A stretch of 64,000 nucleotides of DNA, taken from NCBI RefSeq assembly GCF_001447785.1, contig NW_015167069.1:1226036-1290035 (forward strand), read 5' to 3'. Below, one piece after another: positions 49,626-59,918 of the stretch. This DNA is from Gekko japonicus (taxonomy: Eukaryota). The notes under the pieces are model-generated. The model was given only the letters and a program-made list of their open reading frames with translations, did no database searches and had not been told where the DNA came from. The position numbers were made by a program, and so were the translations under genes. Each line of letters begins with the position of its first letter. Within the stretch, counting starts at the first letter, position 1.

Positions 49626-51504
49626 AGGAGCAGGCTTCCTCCTCGTACTCTGAGTGGACAAACAGCTTTGTTCTGTTCCACAGGCCACATGAACTAAATA
49701 CACAGAAATGAAACAGGTATGTGTGTGTGTGTGTGTCACATTTCATTGGATGAATTATTTCACATAATACCCCCATCCTTTGACTCAGCTGTATGCAATA
49801 CAACAACATTTCCTTAAACAATTTCTGAAACCTAAGGCTTTAAGACACTCCTGCCATTCCCTCTGCAAGCAATAAAAAGCAACATGTTCTCAGTTTGAAA
49901 AGAATTTGTCAGGCCAACAAAAAACGTCTCAAGTACCACAGTTGCTCCATGTCGTGTGATGTAAGTCCTTATCCCATCCAGTAGAGGGCAGAGGCACCTA
50001 CACCCAAATGTTCAAAGCAACAGGAAACTATGGCACATTAAGCACACACATCTTACTGCAGATTTTCAAAGCAATAAATCTTTAATCTTGACTTCAGATT
50101 CTGTGCCCACCTTACATACCATTCTCACAATCTCATAATATGGGGGAACATGTTGAGTGTACAGAATGCATGGTAGAACCCACTGGCATGGCAAGCTGAG
50201 ATTGTTGGCAATGTATGTGTGTGTGCATGTACGCACCTATGCAAAGTCGGCTGCAACTCCACCACACTTAGCACAGGGCTGCAATTTGTATGGGGGAGGA
50301 GTCCTCTAGCAGAAGCTCTGGAGAGCTTTTCTGGTTTTGTGCCATTATTTAAAAATAATAATAATGGGGGGTATTTTTTCCAATGCCCCAGCACATCTGC
50401 ACAGTAACACTAATTTCCTGCCCTTCCTTGCAAATTTGCATGGTTTTCTCTTTGCTATTCTCAAATTTGATCCTGTACACCGGTTGTGATCTTGACCATT
50501 TTTAAAGACCATTTTTTTCCTGTGAGAATTGCACTCTTCCTTCAAATGGATCGATCCCAAGCGATTCTTAAATTTGGCAGTTCACATAAGGTCCATGTGG
50601 CTCAGCTGCCTTTTTAATGTTAAGCTTCCAGAGACTGCCCAAATGGTCCCCCCCCCAAAAAAAAACACCTTTGTTCACTATTACAGGGGAAAATGTTTTT
50701 AAAGCTTTAGGCTTCCCATCCCATCTCTCTCTTTACATCTCATGTCATTTTCATTCCACACTGATGATCCCCCCTTTATTTTGTTTGTATGCAGTACTGA
50801 AATCCATTTTTTTTGCACTAGGGATACACTGCCCATTTGCTCCTCTCTGATCCCCCTTTCAAGTCAACATCAACAGGGAACTAAACCTGACGCAGCTTCT
50901 TTTAAACTTACCCTTGTCATTTTAATTTCTAAAATTCAGCAATCCGAGACCAGCGATAGTCTCATATCACTAGACTCATGCCACTTGTAAAAATAAATAA
51001 ATAAAAATGAGGGGGAAATGGAGTTTGTGCACCAATGAAGGGAGGAGGATGGCAGAAGGTGCAGAGTGGGTGGAATGACCTTAGTGTGGGCAGAGAGTGA
51101 CCTTTTAGGGGTGACAAAAGGGTGTTAATCTGTGCAATTTTGATTTACCTTTGGCTTGGAAGTGAAGCAAGGGAAAATTGGTAGAAAAGCACTCTCAGAA
51201 AACCCTGGGAAACAGTGACCTGAAACTGAACTGAGTTCTGAAGGGAGGGAAGTCGATGCAGAATGACAAAGAAAACCTGACGGTGAAAGTGAGGGAAAAC
51301 ACCCATGCATAATAGGCCTATGTTATCTTTTGAGAGGCACAAAAAGAAGAGAATTAAACAATAACTAACTACATTGCTATCTGTGTGTTGACCTAATGTC
51401 CATTAAGGATCATATATGCAACATTCCTCCTAGACGCTGATGTTAGATTTACTGTGATAGATTTTAAGTATGAATACGACTAGGCAGAAAGTGCCCTGCA
51501 GGGG

Positions 51505-51857
51505 TGTAATGTACTGTCGCCATTACCACGTGTAGTGCATTCAGCCTGACATGCCCGGACTTGCCCGGGCTGACCAGGCAATATTCCTCAGTAGCTTCAG
51601 TCGAAAGACAAAGGATCCATAGGATCCTAGCCGGCCCAATCAAAGGGCCAGCTTCCCAGCCGGGAGACCAATGGTCGCCCGGTTACTGTAAATAGCCTAT
51701 CGGGAGTAGGGGGTGTGTTTAGGTGTGCTTGGTGGCGGGTTTTCTGAACGCTTATAAACCGGCCTGCGAGCTGGTTTCTTTGTCTTGTTCCTGAACTAAT
51801 AAAGTACTCTTGCTGAATCACTCTCGCTGAATCACTCCACGTTCTGAGTACTTTTCA
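51505..51857 (+). repeat. 5' LTR
   Basis: TGTAATG...TTTTCA, containing CCAAT boxes, TATAAA and AATAAA. Confidence 0.97.
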
Positions 51858-51858
51858 C

Positions 51859-51876
51859 TGGCGACGAAGGTGGGAT
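51859..51876 (+). promoter_or_regulatory. Primer binding site, complementary to tRNA-Ser(GCU) 3' end
   Basis: TGGCGACGAAGGTGGGAT, 1 nt after the LTR; it is the complement of ...AUCCCACCUUCGUCGCCA. Confidence 0.85.
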
Positions 51877-52482
51877 CTACGACCCCATGAACAAGACCCG
51901 GACGCCAACACGAGTACCGCACCGAGCCTGACGCCGAGACCTCTCCGGGAACCGCGCAACTTCGCATCCCAGCTCTCCGGCAACTGCTCATCGCTCCGCT
52001 CCCGGCTCCGCTTGCACACTGCTGACCCCTCGAGCAGCAGCATCGCTCTCCACGCCTAGCACGCTTCAGGCTAAGCTCGCNNNNNNNNNNNNNNNNNNNN
52101 NNNNNNNNNNNNNNNNNNNNNNNNNNNNNNNNNNNNNNNNNNNNNNNNNNNNNNNNNNNNNNNNNNNNNNNNNNNNNNNNNNNNNNNNNNNNNNNNNNNN
52201 NNNNNNNNNNNNNNNNNNNNNNNNNNNNNNNNNNNNNNNNNNNNNNNNNNNNNNNNNNNNNNNNNNNNNNNNNNNNNNNNNNNNNNNNNNNNNNNNNNNN
52301 NNNNNNNNNNNNNNNNNNNNNNNNNNNNNNNNNNNNNNNNNNNNNNNNNNNNNNNNNNNNNNNNNNNNNNNNNNNNNNNNNNNNNNNNNNNNNNNNNNNN
52401 NNNNNNNNNNNNNNNNNNNNNNNNNNNNNNNNNNNNNNNNNNNNNNNNNNNNNNNNNNNNNNNNNNNNNNNNNNNNNNNNCG

Positions 52483-55400
52483 GACTTCCTGGCCAACCTT
52501 CGCAAGGCCGCCATGAAATGCGATTTCAGCAACCTGGACGAGACCCTGCTGAATCAGTTCTTGTTGGGTTTACGAGAGGCCAAACTGAGGAGGCGCCTCA
52601 TTCGCGATGATGACCTCACGCTGGCCACGGCTTTAAAGGATGCGGCTGCTTTCGAGAATGAGCGTCCGGGCCACAGCGGCCATCGGGTACACCGCACCCA
52701 AGCCGGAGGGGATTCGGCTGACTCCGAAGAGGAGGCAGTGGCGCAACTCCACCGCAAGCCGTCACAACCTCACCGTTCGAAGGGCGCACCGCCAGCGAGG
52801 CCGTCGGAGCCAGCTTCCTCCTGTGCCAGCTGCGGGGACGCGCATGAACGTCGGAGCTGCCGTTTCCGCGAGGCGGTCTGCAGGTCCTGCAACAAGCAGG
52901 GCCACATCGCCAAGGTCTGCCGCAGCCGCCGCCAGCCATCCAGGAAACCCAGCCACCAGTGGGAACCCATCCACACTGTGGACCTCCATTCGATCGACAC
53001 AAATGCCGTCGGCCACCAGCCCCAGCCCCAGGTAGGTGACTTGCCCCGTCAGAGCCGAAACAAAGTCCATGTTACGGTCCGGATAGAGGGGTCCCCCTGT
53101 AGCATGGAACTTGACACGGGCTCCGAGTTTACCATTATCTCGGAGGAGACGTTGCGGACAGTGTGTCCCAACGGGGGACCCCCTCTGCGCAAACCACACA
53201 TCAGGCTTCAGGATTTCAATAAGAATCCTGTGGTGGTGCGGGGCTGGGGCACGTTCAATGTGGAGTTTCAGGACTTCAAGGGTTGCTTGGACATTTTGGT
53301 GGTGGGGGGCCGGCTTTCCAGTCTCCTGGGGATGTCGTGGTTTAAGCCGCTGGGCTTGACCATCGGGGGCATCCACCAGCTGCAGCAAGCCGATTTCGCG
53401 GACGTTTGCAACGAATTCCCCCGGGTTTTCGATGGGTCCTTAGGCAAGTTCACGGGGGCCCCCATCTCCCTGGACCTGGACCCGGCGGTCCGGCCCATAC
53501 GGATCAAGGCCAGGTTTCCGCCCTTAACGGTAAGGCCGAAAATCGAGGCGGAACTCGACAAGCTGGTGGCGCAAGGGGTGTTGGAGTCGGTGGCATCGGC
53601 ACGCTGGGAAACCCCCATTGTCACACCGATCAAACCAAACGGGGACGTCCGGATCTGTGCGGACTATAAGTGCACAATTAACAAAGCGCTGCAGGACCAC
53701 GCGTACCCCGTTCCGGTGGTCAGCCACGTGCTGGCGGCGCTCGCGGGGGCTCGCATATTTGGAAAGCTGGACTTGGCGCAGGCCTATCAGCAGCTGCCGG
53801 TGGACGCCGCCACGGCGGAAGCCCAGACGATCGCCACGCACAGAGGGGCTTTCAAGGTCCACCGGCTCCAGTTCGGCGTCTCGGTGGCTCCGGGGATTTT
53901 TCAATCTTTCATGGACTCTCTCCTCAAAGGTATCCCCGGGGTACAGCCCTTTCTAGATGACGTCTTGATCGCCGCCCCCGACGCCGCGTCGTTTGCCACC
54001 CGACTCCGTACCGTTCTTCAACGCTTCGACCAGGCGGGGCTGAAGGTGAAGCGCGAAAAATGCTTGCTCGGCGTGCCCAAAGTGGAGTTTCTAGGGTTCG
54101 CGGTCGACGCACAGGGCATTCACCCCACGGCGGAGAAGACCAGGGCGATCTCGAACGCCCCAGCCCCCACATCAAAGACCGAGCTACAGGCCTTCTTAGG
54201 CCTCCTGAACTTTTACCACTCTTTTCTTCCCCTCAAAGCTGCAGTAGCCGAACCCCTCCATCGGCTCCTCGACAAGGGCGCGCCGTGGGTCTGGGGGGCG
54301 GCTCAGCAGGCGGCTTTCCGGGCGGTCAAAGACCTCCTCGTCTCAAATTCGGTACTCGCACACTTCAATGAGGACTTGCCGGTGGTGCTGGCTTGCGACG
54401 CCTCTCCATATGGGGTCGGGGCGGTCCTGGGGCACAAACTGCCTGACGGTCGGGAGGTACCTGTGGCCTATTACTCCCGTACCTTGTCTGCGGCGGAGCG
54501 CAACTACGCGCAGATTGACAAGGAGGCTCTTGCTATAGTGGCCGGGGTGAAAAAATTTCACCACTACCTCTACGGCCGGCCCTTCACGGTCCTCACGGAC
54601 CACAAGCCTCTCCTGGGTCTGCTCGCCCCGGACCGCCAGACCCCCCAGATGACTTCGCCCCGAGTGATCCGGTGGTCCGTCTTCCTGGCGGGCTACAACT
54701 ACATGCTCCTGCACCGGCCCGGGAAGGCGATGGGCCATGCGGACGCCTTGAGCCGCCTGCCTCTGCCGGAAACGGAGCCTGACCCGGCCCCAGCCCATCA
54801 CATCGCGCTGCTGGAAACGCTGCCCGACCAGCCGGTTCACGTGAAAGAGGTGGCCCGGCGCACCGAAAAGGACCCTATCCTCTGCCGCGTCCTGGACTGG
54901 GTGAGAAGGGGGTGGCCGTTGGCCTCGGCGGGACCCGACTTTGCGGCCTATGCCTCGCGCAAAGACGAACTGTCTGCTCACAAGGGTTGTGTGCTGTGGG
55001 GAGGTCGGGTGGTAATCCCTTCCCCACTCCGAGACCGAGTACTTGCAGCATTGCACGAGGCTCACCCAGGAGTGGTGCGGATGAAAGCGCTGGCTCGGAG
55101 TTATGTGTGGTGGCCCGGCCTCGATCAGGACATTGAGAGACTGGTGAAACTGTGCCAACCCTGCCAGGCGTTCCGGCCCGCACCGCCCCGAGCGCCCGAT
55201 CGAGCTTGGGAGTCTTCCCACAAACCTTGGTCCCGGCTACACTTGGACTTCGCGGGGCCGTTTCAGGGACAAATCTTTTTCATTCTAGTGGACGCTTACA
55301 GTAAGTGGCTGGAGGTGGTGCCTGTACCGTCTACCTCCTCGAAGGCCGCCATCAGAGCCATGCGCCACATTTTTAGCTCCCACGGCCTTCCAGACACCCT

Positions 55401-56157
55401 GGTGACCGACAACGGCACAGCATTTACCTCCAGCGAGTTCCAGGACTTCACGAGGTACTGTGGAATCCGACACGTCCGGTCAGCGCCCTTCCACCCGGCA
55501 ACCAACGGCCAGGCGGAGCGCATGGTGCGCACCACCAAGGAAACACTGCGCAAGTTCGACAGTAAGGACTGGGACTACAAGCTGGCGGTGTTCCTGTTCG
55601 GCCAACGCACGACCCCGCACACCGAGACCGGCTGCAGCCCGGCGGAGCTCCTGATGGGTCGTCGCCTAACCTCCCGGCTGGACCGTCTACACCCAGACAG
55701 GGCCCCCGAGATGGAACCGACATCGGAGTCCCACGCAGCCGCCCGAGGGTTCTTCCCGGAAGACCCAGTCTACGCTAAGAACTACGCCCAGGGGCCACCC
55801 TGGATTCCTGCGAGAGTGGTCCGGGTGCGAGGGCCGCGCTCCTATGAGGTCTCCTGTGAGGACGGTCAACTGCTCCACCGCCACATCGACCAACTGCGGC
55901 GCCGGGTCCTTCCGAACGACCCCGAGGACCTGGAGCCCCAGGAGCACAACGAAACTTCAGGCCACGCACCCGAACCGCAGAACCCGGCCTCGGCCCCGGT
56001 CCCTCTAGAGCCGCAGGACACACCGCCGTCGGAACGGAAACGCCACAGCAAACCGCCACGGCCACAAGGAGCAGCCCCGAACAGCACCCCGGACCTCCGC
56101 CGCTCTACCAGGCCCAGGAAGGCCCCCGCGTATCTACAGGACTTTGTATGCGGGTAG
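52483..56157 (+). CDS. Gag-Pol polyprotein (PR-RT-RH-IN); true start lies in the N gap upstream
   Basis: In frame from DFLANLRKAAMKCDF. Twin zinc knuckles CASCGDAHERRSC / CRSCNKQGHIAKVC, protease LDTGS, RT RICADYK..KLDLAQAYQQL..FLDD, RNase H CDASPYG..TDHKPL..ADALSR, integrase HHCC and D(FAGP)-D(NG)-E(RMV). Confidence 0.96.
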   Translation, partial: DFLANLRKAAMKCDFSNLDETLLNQFLLGLREAKLRRRLIRDDDLTLATALKDAAAFENERPGHSGHRVHRTQAGGDSADSEEEAVAQLHRKPSQPHRSKGAPPARPSEPASSCASCGDAHERRSCRFREAVCRSCNKQGHIAKVCRSRRQPSRKPSHQWEPIHTVDLHSIDTNAVGHQPQPQVGDLPRQSRNKVHVTVRIEGSPCSMELDTGSEFTIISEETLRTVCPNGGPPLRKPHIRLQDFNKNPVVVRGWGTFNVEFQDFKGCLDILVVGGRLSSLLGMSWFKPLGLTIGGIHQLQQADFADVCNEFPRVFDGSLGKFTGAPISLDLDPAVRPIRIKARFPPLTVRPKIEAELDKLVAQGVLESVASARWETPIVTPIKPNGDVRICADYKCTINKALQDHAYPVPVVSHVLAALAGARIFGKLDLAQAYQQLPVDAATAEAQTIATHRGAFKVHRLQFGVSVAPGIFQSFMDSLLKGIPGVQPFLDDVLIAAPDAASFATRLRTVLQRFDQAGLKVKREKCLLGVPKVEFLGFAVDAQGIHPTAEKTRAISNAPAPTSKTELQAFLGLLNFYHSFLPLKAAVAEPLHRLLDKGAPWVWGAAQQAAFRAVKDLLVSNSVLAHFNEDLPVVLACDASPYGVGAVLGHKLPDGREVPVAYYSRTLSAAERNYAQIDKEALAIVAGVKKFHHYLYGRPFTVLTDHKPLLGLLAPDRQTPQMTSPRVIRWSVFLAGYNYMLLHRPGKAMGHADALSRLPLPETEPDPAPAHHIALLETLPDQPVHVKEVARRTEKDPILCRVLDWVRRGWPLASAGPDFAAYASRKDELSAHKGCVLWGGRVVIPSPLRDRVLAALHEAHPGVVRMKALARSYVWWPGLDQDIERLVKLCQPCQAFRPAPPRAPDRAWESSHKPWSRLHLDFAGPFQGQIFFILVDAYSKWLEVVPVPSTSSKAAIRAMRHIFSSHGLPDTLVTDNGTAFTSSEFQDFTRYCGIRHVRSAPFHPATNGQAERMVRTTKETLRKFDSKDWDYKLAVFLFGQRTTPHTETGCSPAELLMGRRLTSRLDRLHPDRAPEMEPTSESHAAARGFFPEDPVYAKNYAQGPPWIPARVVRVRGPRSYEVSCEDGQLLHRHIDQLRRRVLPNDPEDLEPQEHNETSGHAPEPQNPASAPVPLEPQDTPPSERKRHSKPPRPQGAAPNSTPDLRRSTRPRKAPAYLQDFVCG

Positions 56158-56167
56158 TTTGGACTAT

Positions 56168-56178
56168 GGGGGGAGGGG
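56168..56178 (+). promoter_or_regulatory. Polypurine tract
   Basis: GGGGGGAGGGG abutting the 3' LTR. Confidence 0.9.
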
Positions 56179-56531
56179 TGTAATGTACTGTCGCCATTAC
56201 CACGTGTAGTGCATTCAGCCTGACATGCCCGGACTTGCCCGGGCTGACCAGGCAATATTCCTCAGTAGCTTCAGTCGAAAGACAAAGGATCCATAGGATC
56301 CTAGCCGGCCCAATCAAAGGGCCAGCTTCCCAGCCGGGAGACCAATGGTCGCCCGGTTACTGTAAATAGCCTATCGGGAGTAGGGGGTGTGTTTAGGTGT
56401 GCTTGGTGGCGGGTTTTCTGAACGCTTATAAACCGGCCTGCGAGCTGGTTTCTTTGTCTTGTTCCTGAACTAATAAAGTACTCTTGCTGAATCACTCTCG
56501 CTGAATCACTCCACGTTCTGAGTACTTTTCA
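56179..56531 (+). repeat. 3' LTR
   Basis: Identical to the 5' LTR by manual comparison (offset 4674). Confidence 0.97.
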
Positions 56532-56975
56532 AGGGGAAAGTAAACCAGCTCTGTGCATTACATGTGAAAAGCACAAGGAACTCTTGTGGGAAAATGTTTG
56601 CAGCTCACGTCAACAAGAGACAGCATGCTTGACTGATCTCTAAACCAGTCAGCCATGATCTGAACAGTCTCAAACTACTCTAATATTCTTCAAACTTGCT
56701 CAGTTTGAGAGAGAGAAAGAAATTCTTCTGTGTCAAACAGGATTCATTTCCCTGTCTTCCTGCCTTCCTTGTTCTCTTCCAGAAACTGACATTTGTAATC
56801 TCTTTGTTTATCATTAATCCTGGGTTTTCTCTAAAAGGACATCATTTTTTACCTATTCAAAAGGTTCCAAGGAAGGGATTTCAAATTTCTCATTTCCATT
56901 CTCTTACCACCACCCCATCTCCATTTAAATTTTATCTGTTATTATGTATTGAAAGGATGGACTATTGTATAGTAT

Positions 56976-57140
56976 GGCCTGGTCTCATCAGATCTCAGAC
57001 GCTAAGCAGGGTCGTTACTTGGATGGGAGATGGCCAAGAAAGGCTCTGCAGAAGATAGCAATGGCAAACCACCTCTGCTTAATCACTTGCCTTGAAAACT
57101 CTACAGGGTGGCCGTAGGTTGGCTGTGACTGTAAGGAACA
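56976..57140 (+). mobile_element. 5S rRNA-derived SINE (SINE3-type) with RTE-like 3' tail
   Basis: ggtctcatcagatctcagacgctaagcagggtcg..tacttggatgggaga (5S A/C box region) joined to gcaatggcaaaccacctctg...cttgccttgaaaac...gggtggccgtaggttggctgtgact. Confidence 0.75.
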
Positions 57141-57294
57141 TAAAACACACAAATGTATTGAAAACATTTATAAACTCATCTTCTGTCCAGGCAATTAGGG
57201 TCCAAGGCAGGTGACAGATATAACCATATCAATCAAACATAGTTTAAAACATGATACTACTGGAACAGCCAGCAGAAAGATTGGGTTGAATCCT

Positions 57295-57650
57295 ACCTTT
57301 TCAGCCCTGGCCCCTGCCTGGTGGAATGAGCTCCCATACGAGATCAGGGCCCTGCAGGATTTATTACAATTCCGCAGGGCCTGCCAGATGGAGCTCTTCC
57401 ATCAGGCTTTTAGTTGAGGCAGTGGGCATCCCCTCCTTTACCTGCCCTCCCATCAGTGTCCTGGGTTTCAAACAGCCACCTGGGATCTACTTCATAGTTT
57501 CCATCTTTGCTACTGAGTTATTGATTAGATCTGCATGGTGTTTTATAATTTTATAATTACTATACTGTATTGTATTGTTTTTAATTGTTATTGGTATATT
57601 GTGTGAACATTGATGGAACCCGCCTTGAGCCTGCAATAAAATAAATACCT
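57295..57650 (+). mobile_element. L2-clade LINE 3' fragment
   Basis: FSALAPAWWNELPYEIRALQDLLQFRRACQMELFHQAF, then a T-rich 3' UTR, ccgccttgag and an (AATA)n tail. Confidence 0.8.
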
Positions 57651-57902
57651 GATTTCTCACTCAGTCTTGCCTGATTCCAGTCCTCACTGCAGCCCCTTTC
57701 TGTGTAACGTTTGTCCATGTAGGGCCTGTGATCCTTGGTACAGCCATTTTGATGGTCAAAAGTCCTCCCTCTTCCTACTTTTGATAGTGGAACAGCTGGC
57801 AGGATCCAACCCCTTTAAATAATACCCATAAGAGATCCCCACTTCTAAGAACCAGCAGATGGCAGAGGTCATCAAAAACTTCCAAAGACTCTTTTTAACA
57901 GT

Positions 57903-58500
57903 TTCATCCTACAGCAGAAGAGACAGGGCCTTCCAAACCTCTTCTGGAAAGTTGTTCTAGAGGGCTGGAGCAGCTACAGAGAAGTACTGTTGAGTGGTCA
58001 GCAACAGAACACATCCTCAAAAAGTCTGGGTTAATCAGCAGGGGAGGCTGTTCTAAGCAAAGTTGCCTTATGAGTTCATACTGGGGAAGATAGTCCTTCA
58101 GGTGTGCAGGCTCCAAGTCACGGAGGGCTTTAAAGCAGGGCTGCCAGCTCAAGGCTGGCAGAGGAAGACTCACTGTCTGGGAGGGGAGCCTTGCAGGTTT
58201 AACCATAGTGTTTGGGGCAAATGCTAGAGTGTCACCCAATGATGATGTCATTTCCCAGCCACACCAGAAGTGATGTAAACACATTGGAACAATGCTGATT
58301 GCCCTCTCACATTTCCCACTTCATTTCCCCCCACTGTCCAGCTAAGTGGTGGTGGGAAGATCCAGAAGAAGGCAGGAGGTCTCCAGCTGAAGGAGGAGAC
58401 CTAGCAGGCCTGTGTTAAAGGCAAGCACCAGCACCTTGAACTGGCCTTGGAAAGCAGTAAGCAACCAATGCAGATATTGAAAACTCAGACGGGACTGCTG
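57903..58500 (-). mobile_element. Old L2 fragment interrupted by a hAT-derived insert (about 58136-58411)
   Basis: FKALRDLEPAHLKDYLPQYE motif; the sequence resumes at aaaggcaagcaccagcaccttgaactgg. Confidence 0.6.
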
Positions 58501-59918
58501 CATTTTGCACTTATTGCCATTTTCTGCTTCTCTCTTTCTGCTTCTCCCTTCTGTATGCCTACCAAGGATGTGATTCTTTATTTCTGCAGCATTAAAAAAA
58601 GAAATCAGTGCAGTTGCAATGCAATCCTAAGCAGAGTTACATGTCTAAACCCATTAACTTGAATGCACTTAGAACAGCATTACTCCGTTCAGGACTACGT
58701 TTACTTTCACTTTTCTTGTGAGAAGCTTATGGTAGTTTGTAGGGAAGAGACTCCCACCACAACACTGACAAAGCCAACTTGTGTTTAACTACATTATGTA
58801 TCCTCAACCTTTGCTGATCACATATCTCTGAAGTAATACATAATTTTGCTTTCTTTGTTTACTGGTTCCTCCAAAAGAAAAAAAAAAACTGTAAGGGAAA
58901 CTGAGAAGACAGTCTAAATCAGCCCCTCGGCATCCTGCATTGTATCTGCTGCAGCTTCCGTGCTTCAACAGACCCCAAATATTGGGGATATAATGACAGC
59001 TTTAAAAAGAAGGCTTCTTTCATGTTGCCTCTGTCCAATCCACAGGAGAGCATAAGGACAAGAAGCTTGGCTGGATTTTCTCCCATGTACCGGAGGGATG
59101 AGGCATTTGAACGGAAAGGCAAGTAAATAGGTGTAGCAATGAGTTCATGAAGACTAATAGCAAATCTAAGGGAGCCAATTTATCTTAATGACTTGAGCTC
59201 CATACAAACTGGAGTGTGCAGGGCCCAGGCTATTTCTGCATCTCCTTCTACATTAAATATAATGGGCTGCTCCAATTAGTGGCCAAATGGTTTCACAGGA
59301 TTACCATGCATTTCAATACCCAAATAATCAAGCAAGCTTGGCATGGGGGTGGATAGATGAATATTTTGCATATTTTGACAGGGGGGAATAATTCAGACTG
59401 CCTTTGTTAGCCACTTCACTGAGCACTGCACTGAATCCATCTCCCCAGCACGCTCTCTAATGGAGGGGTACATGTCGGGTATGATGAACATTCAGCATAT
59501 GCAGCTTGAAAGCAGGTTAATTGTTCTTCCCCATCAAAATAGAGATGGACAATGCATTCATCTTGAGTTCTCATTTATATGGAGATGAGGCAAACTGTAG
59601 CCAATGCCTCTTGATGCATCATAGAAAAGAAGATCAGATTCCTATCTTGGCCAGGAAAGGAGAGGCTATAAATAAAAGCTAGAGTGGTACAACATGTGGT
59701 GGTAAGGCAGGCAAGAATACCCACTTGTCCAATGTAGAGGAACCACTTGTGAGCAGGATATGACCAAGACAGAAGCGCTGGCTCTCATGGACTGGATGAC
59801 ACATTATCAAAGAGCAATGTAACCAAGTTTGTCAAGTAAGAGTACAGTTTGAAAGAGTTACACCATTGTGAACCCACTAACATCAATGAACTATGAAAGG
59901 TGAAATTCAATTTAGGAT

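Larger units (their letters stand above)
51505..56531 (+). mobile_element. Full-length young Ty3/Gypsy (Mag-like) LTR retrotransposon
   Basis: Identical 353-bp TG...CA LTRs, 5-bp TSD AGGGG (51500-51504, 56532-56536), PBS, PPT and a single gag-pol ORF. A 400-N gap lies in the leader/gag. Confidence 0.97.

Noticed and set aside
51627-51821. Duplicated 64-aa ORF (also 56301..56495)
   Set aside because: Simply reflects the two identical LTRs
52554-56317. Many long overlapping and antisense ORFs within the Gypsy element (e.g. 54343..55221, 292 aa)
   Set aside because: Shadow frames of a GC-rich coding region with no recognisable domains
56976-57035. 5S rRNA gene
   Set aside because: Truncated, internally deleted and fused to a LINE-like tail, so it is a SINE
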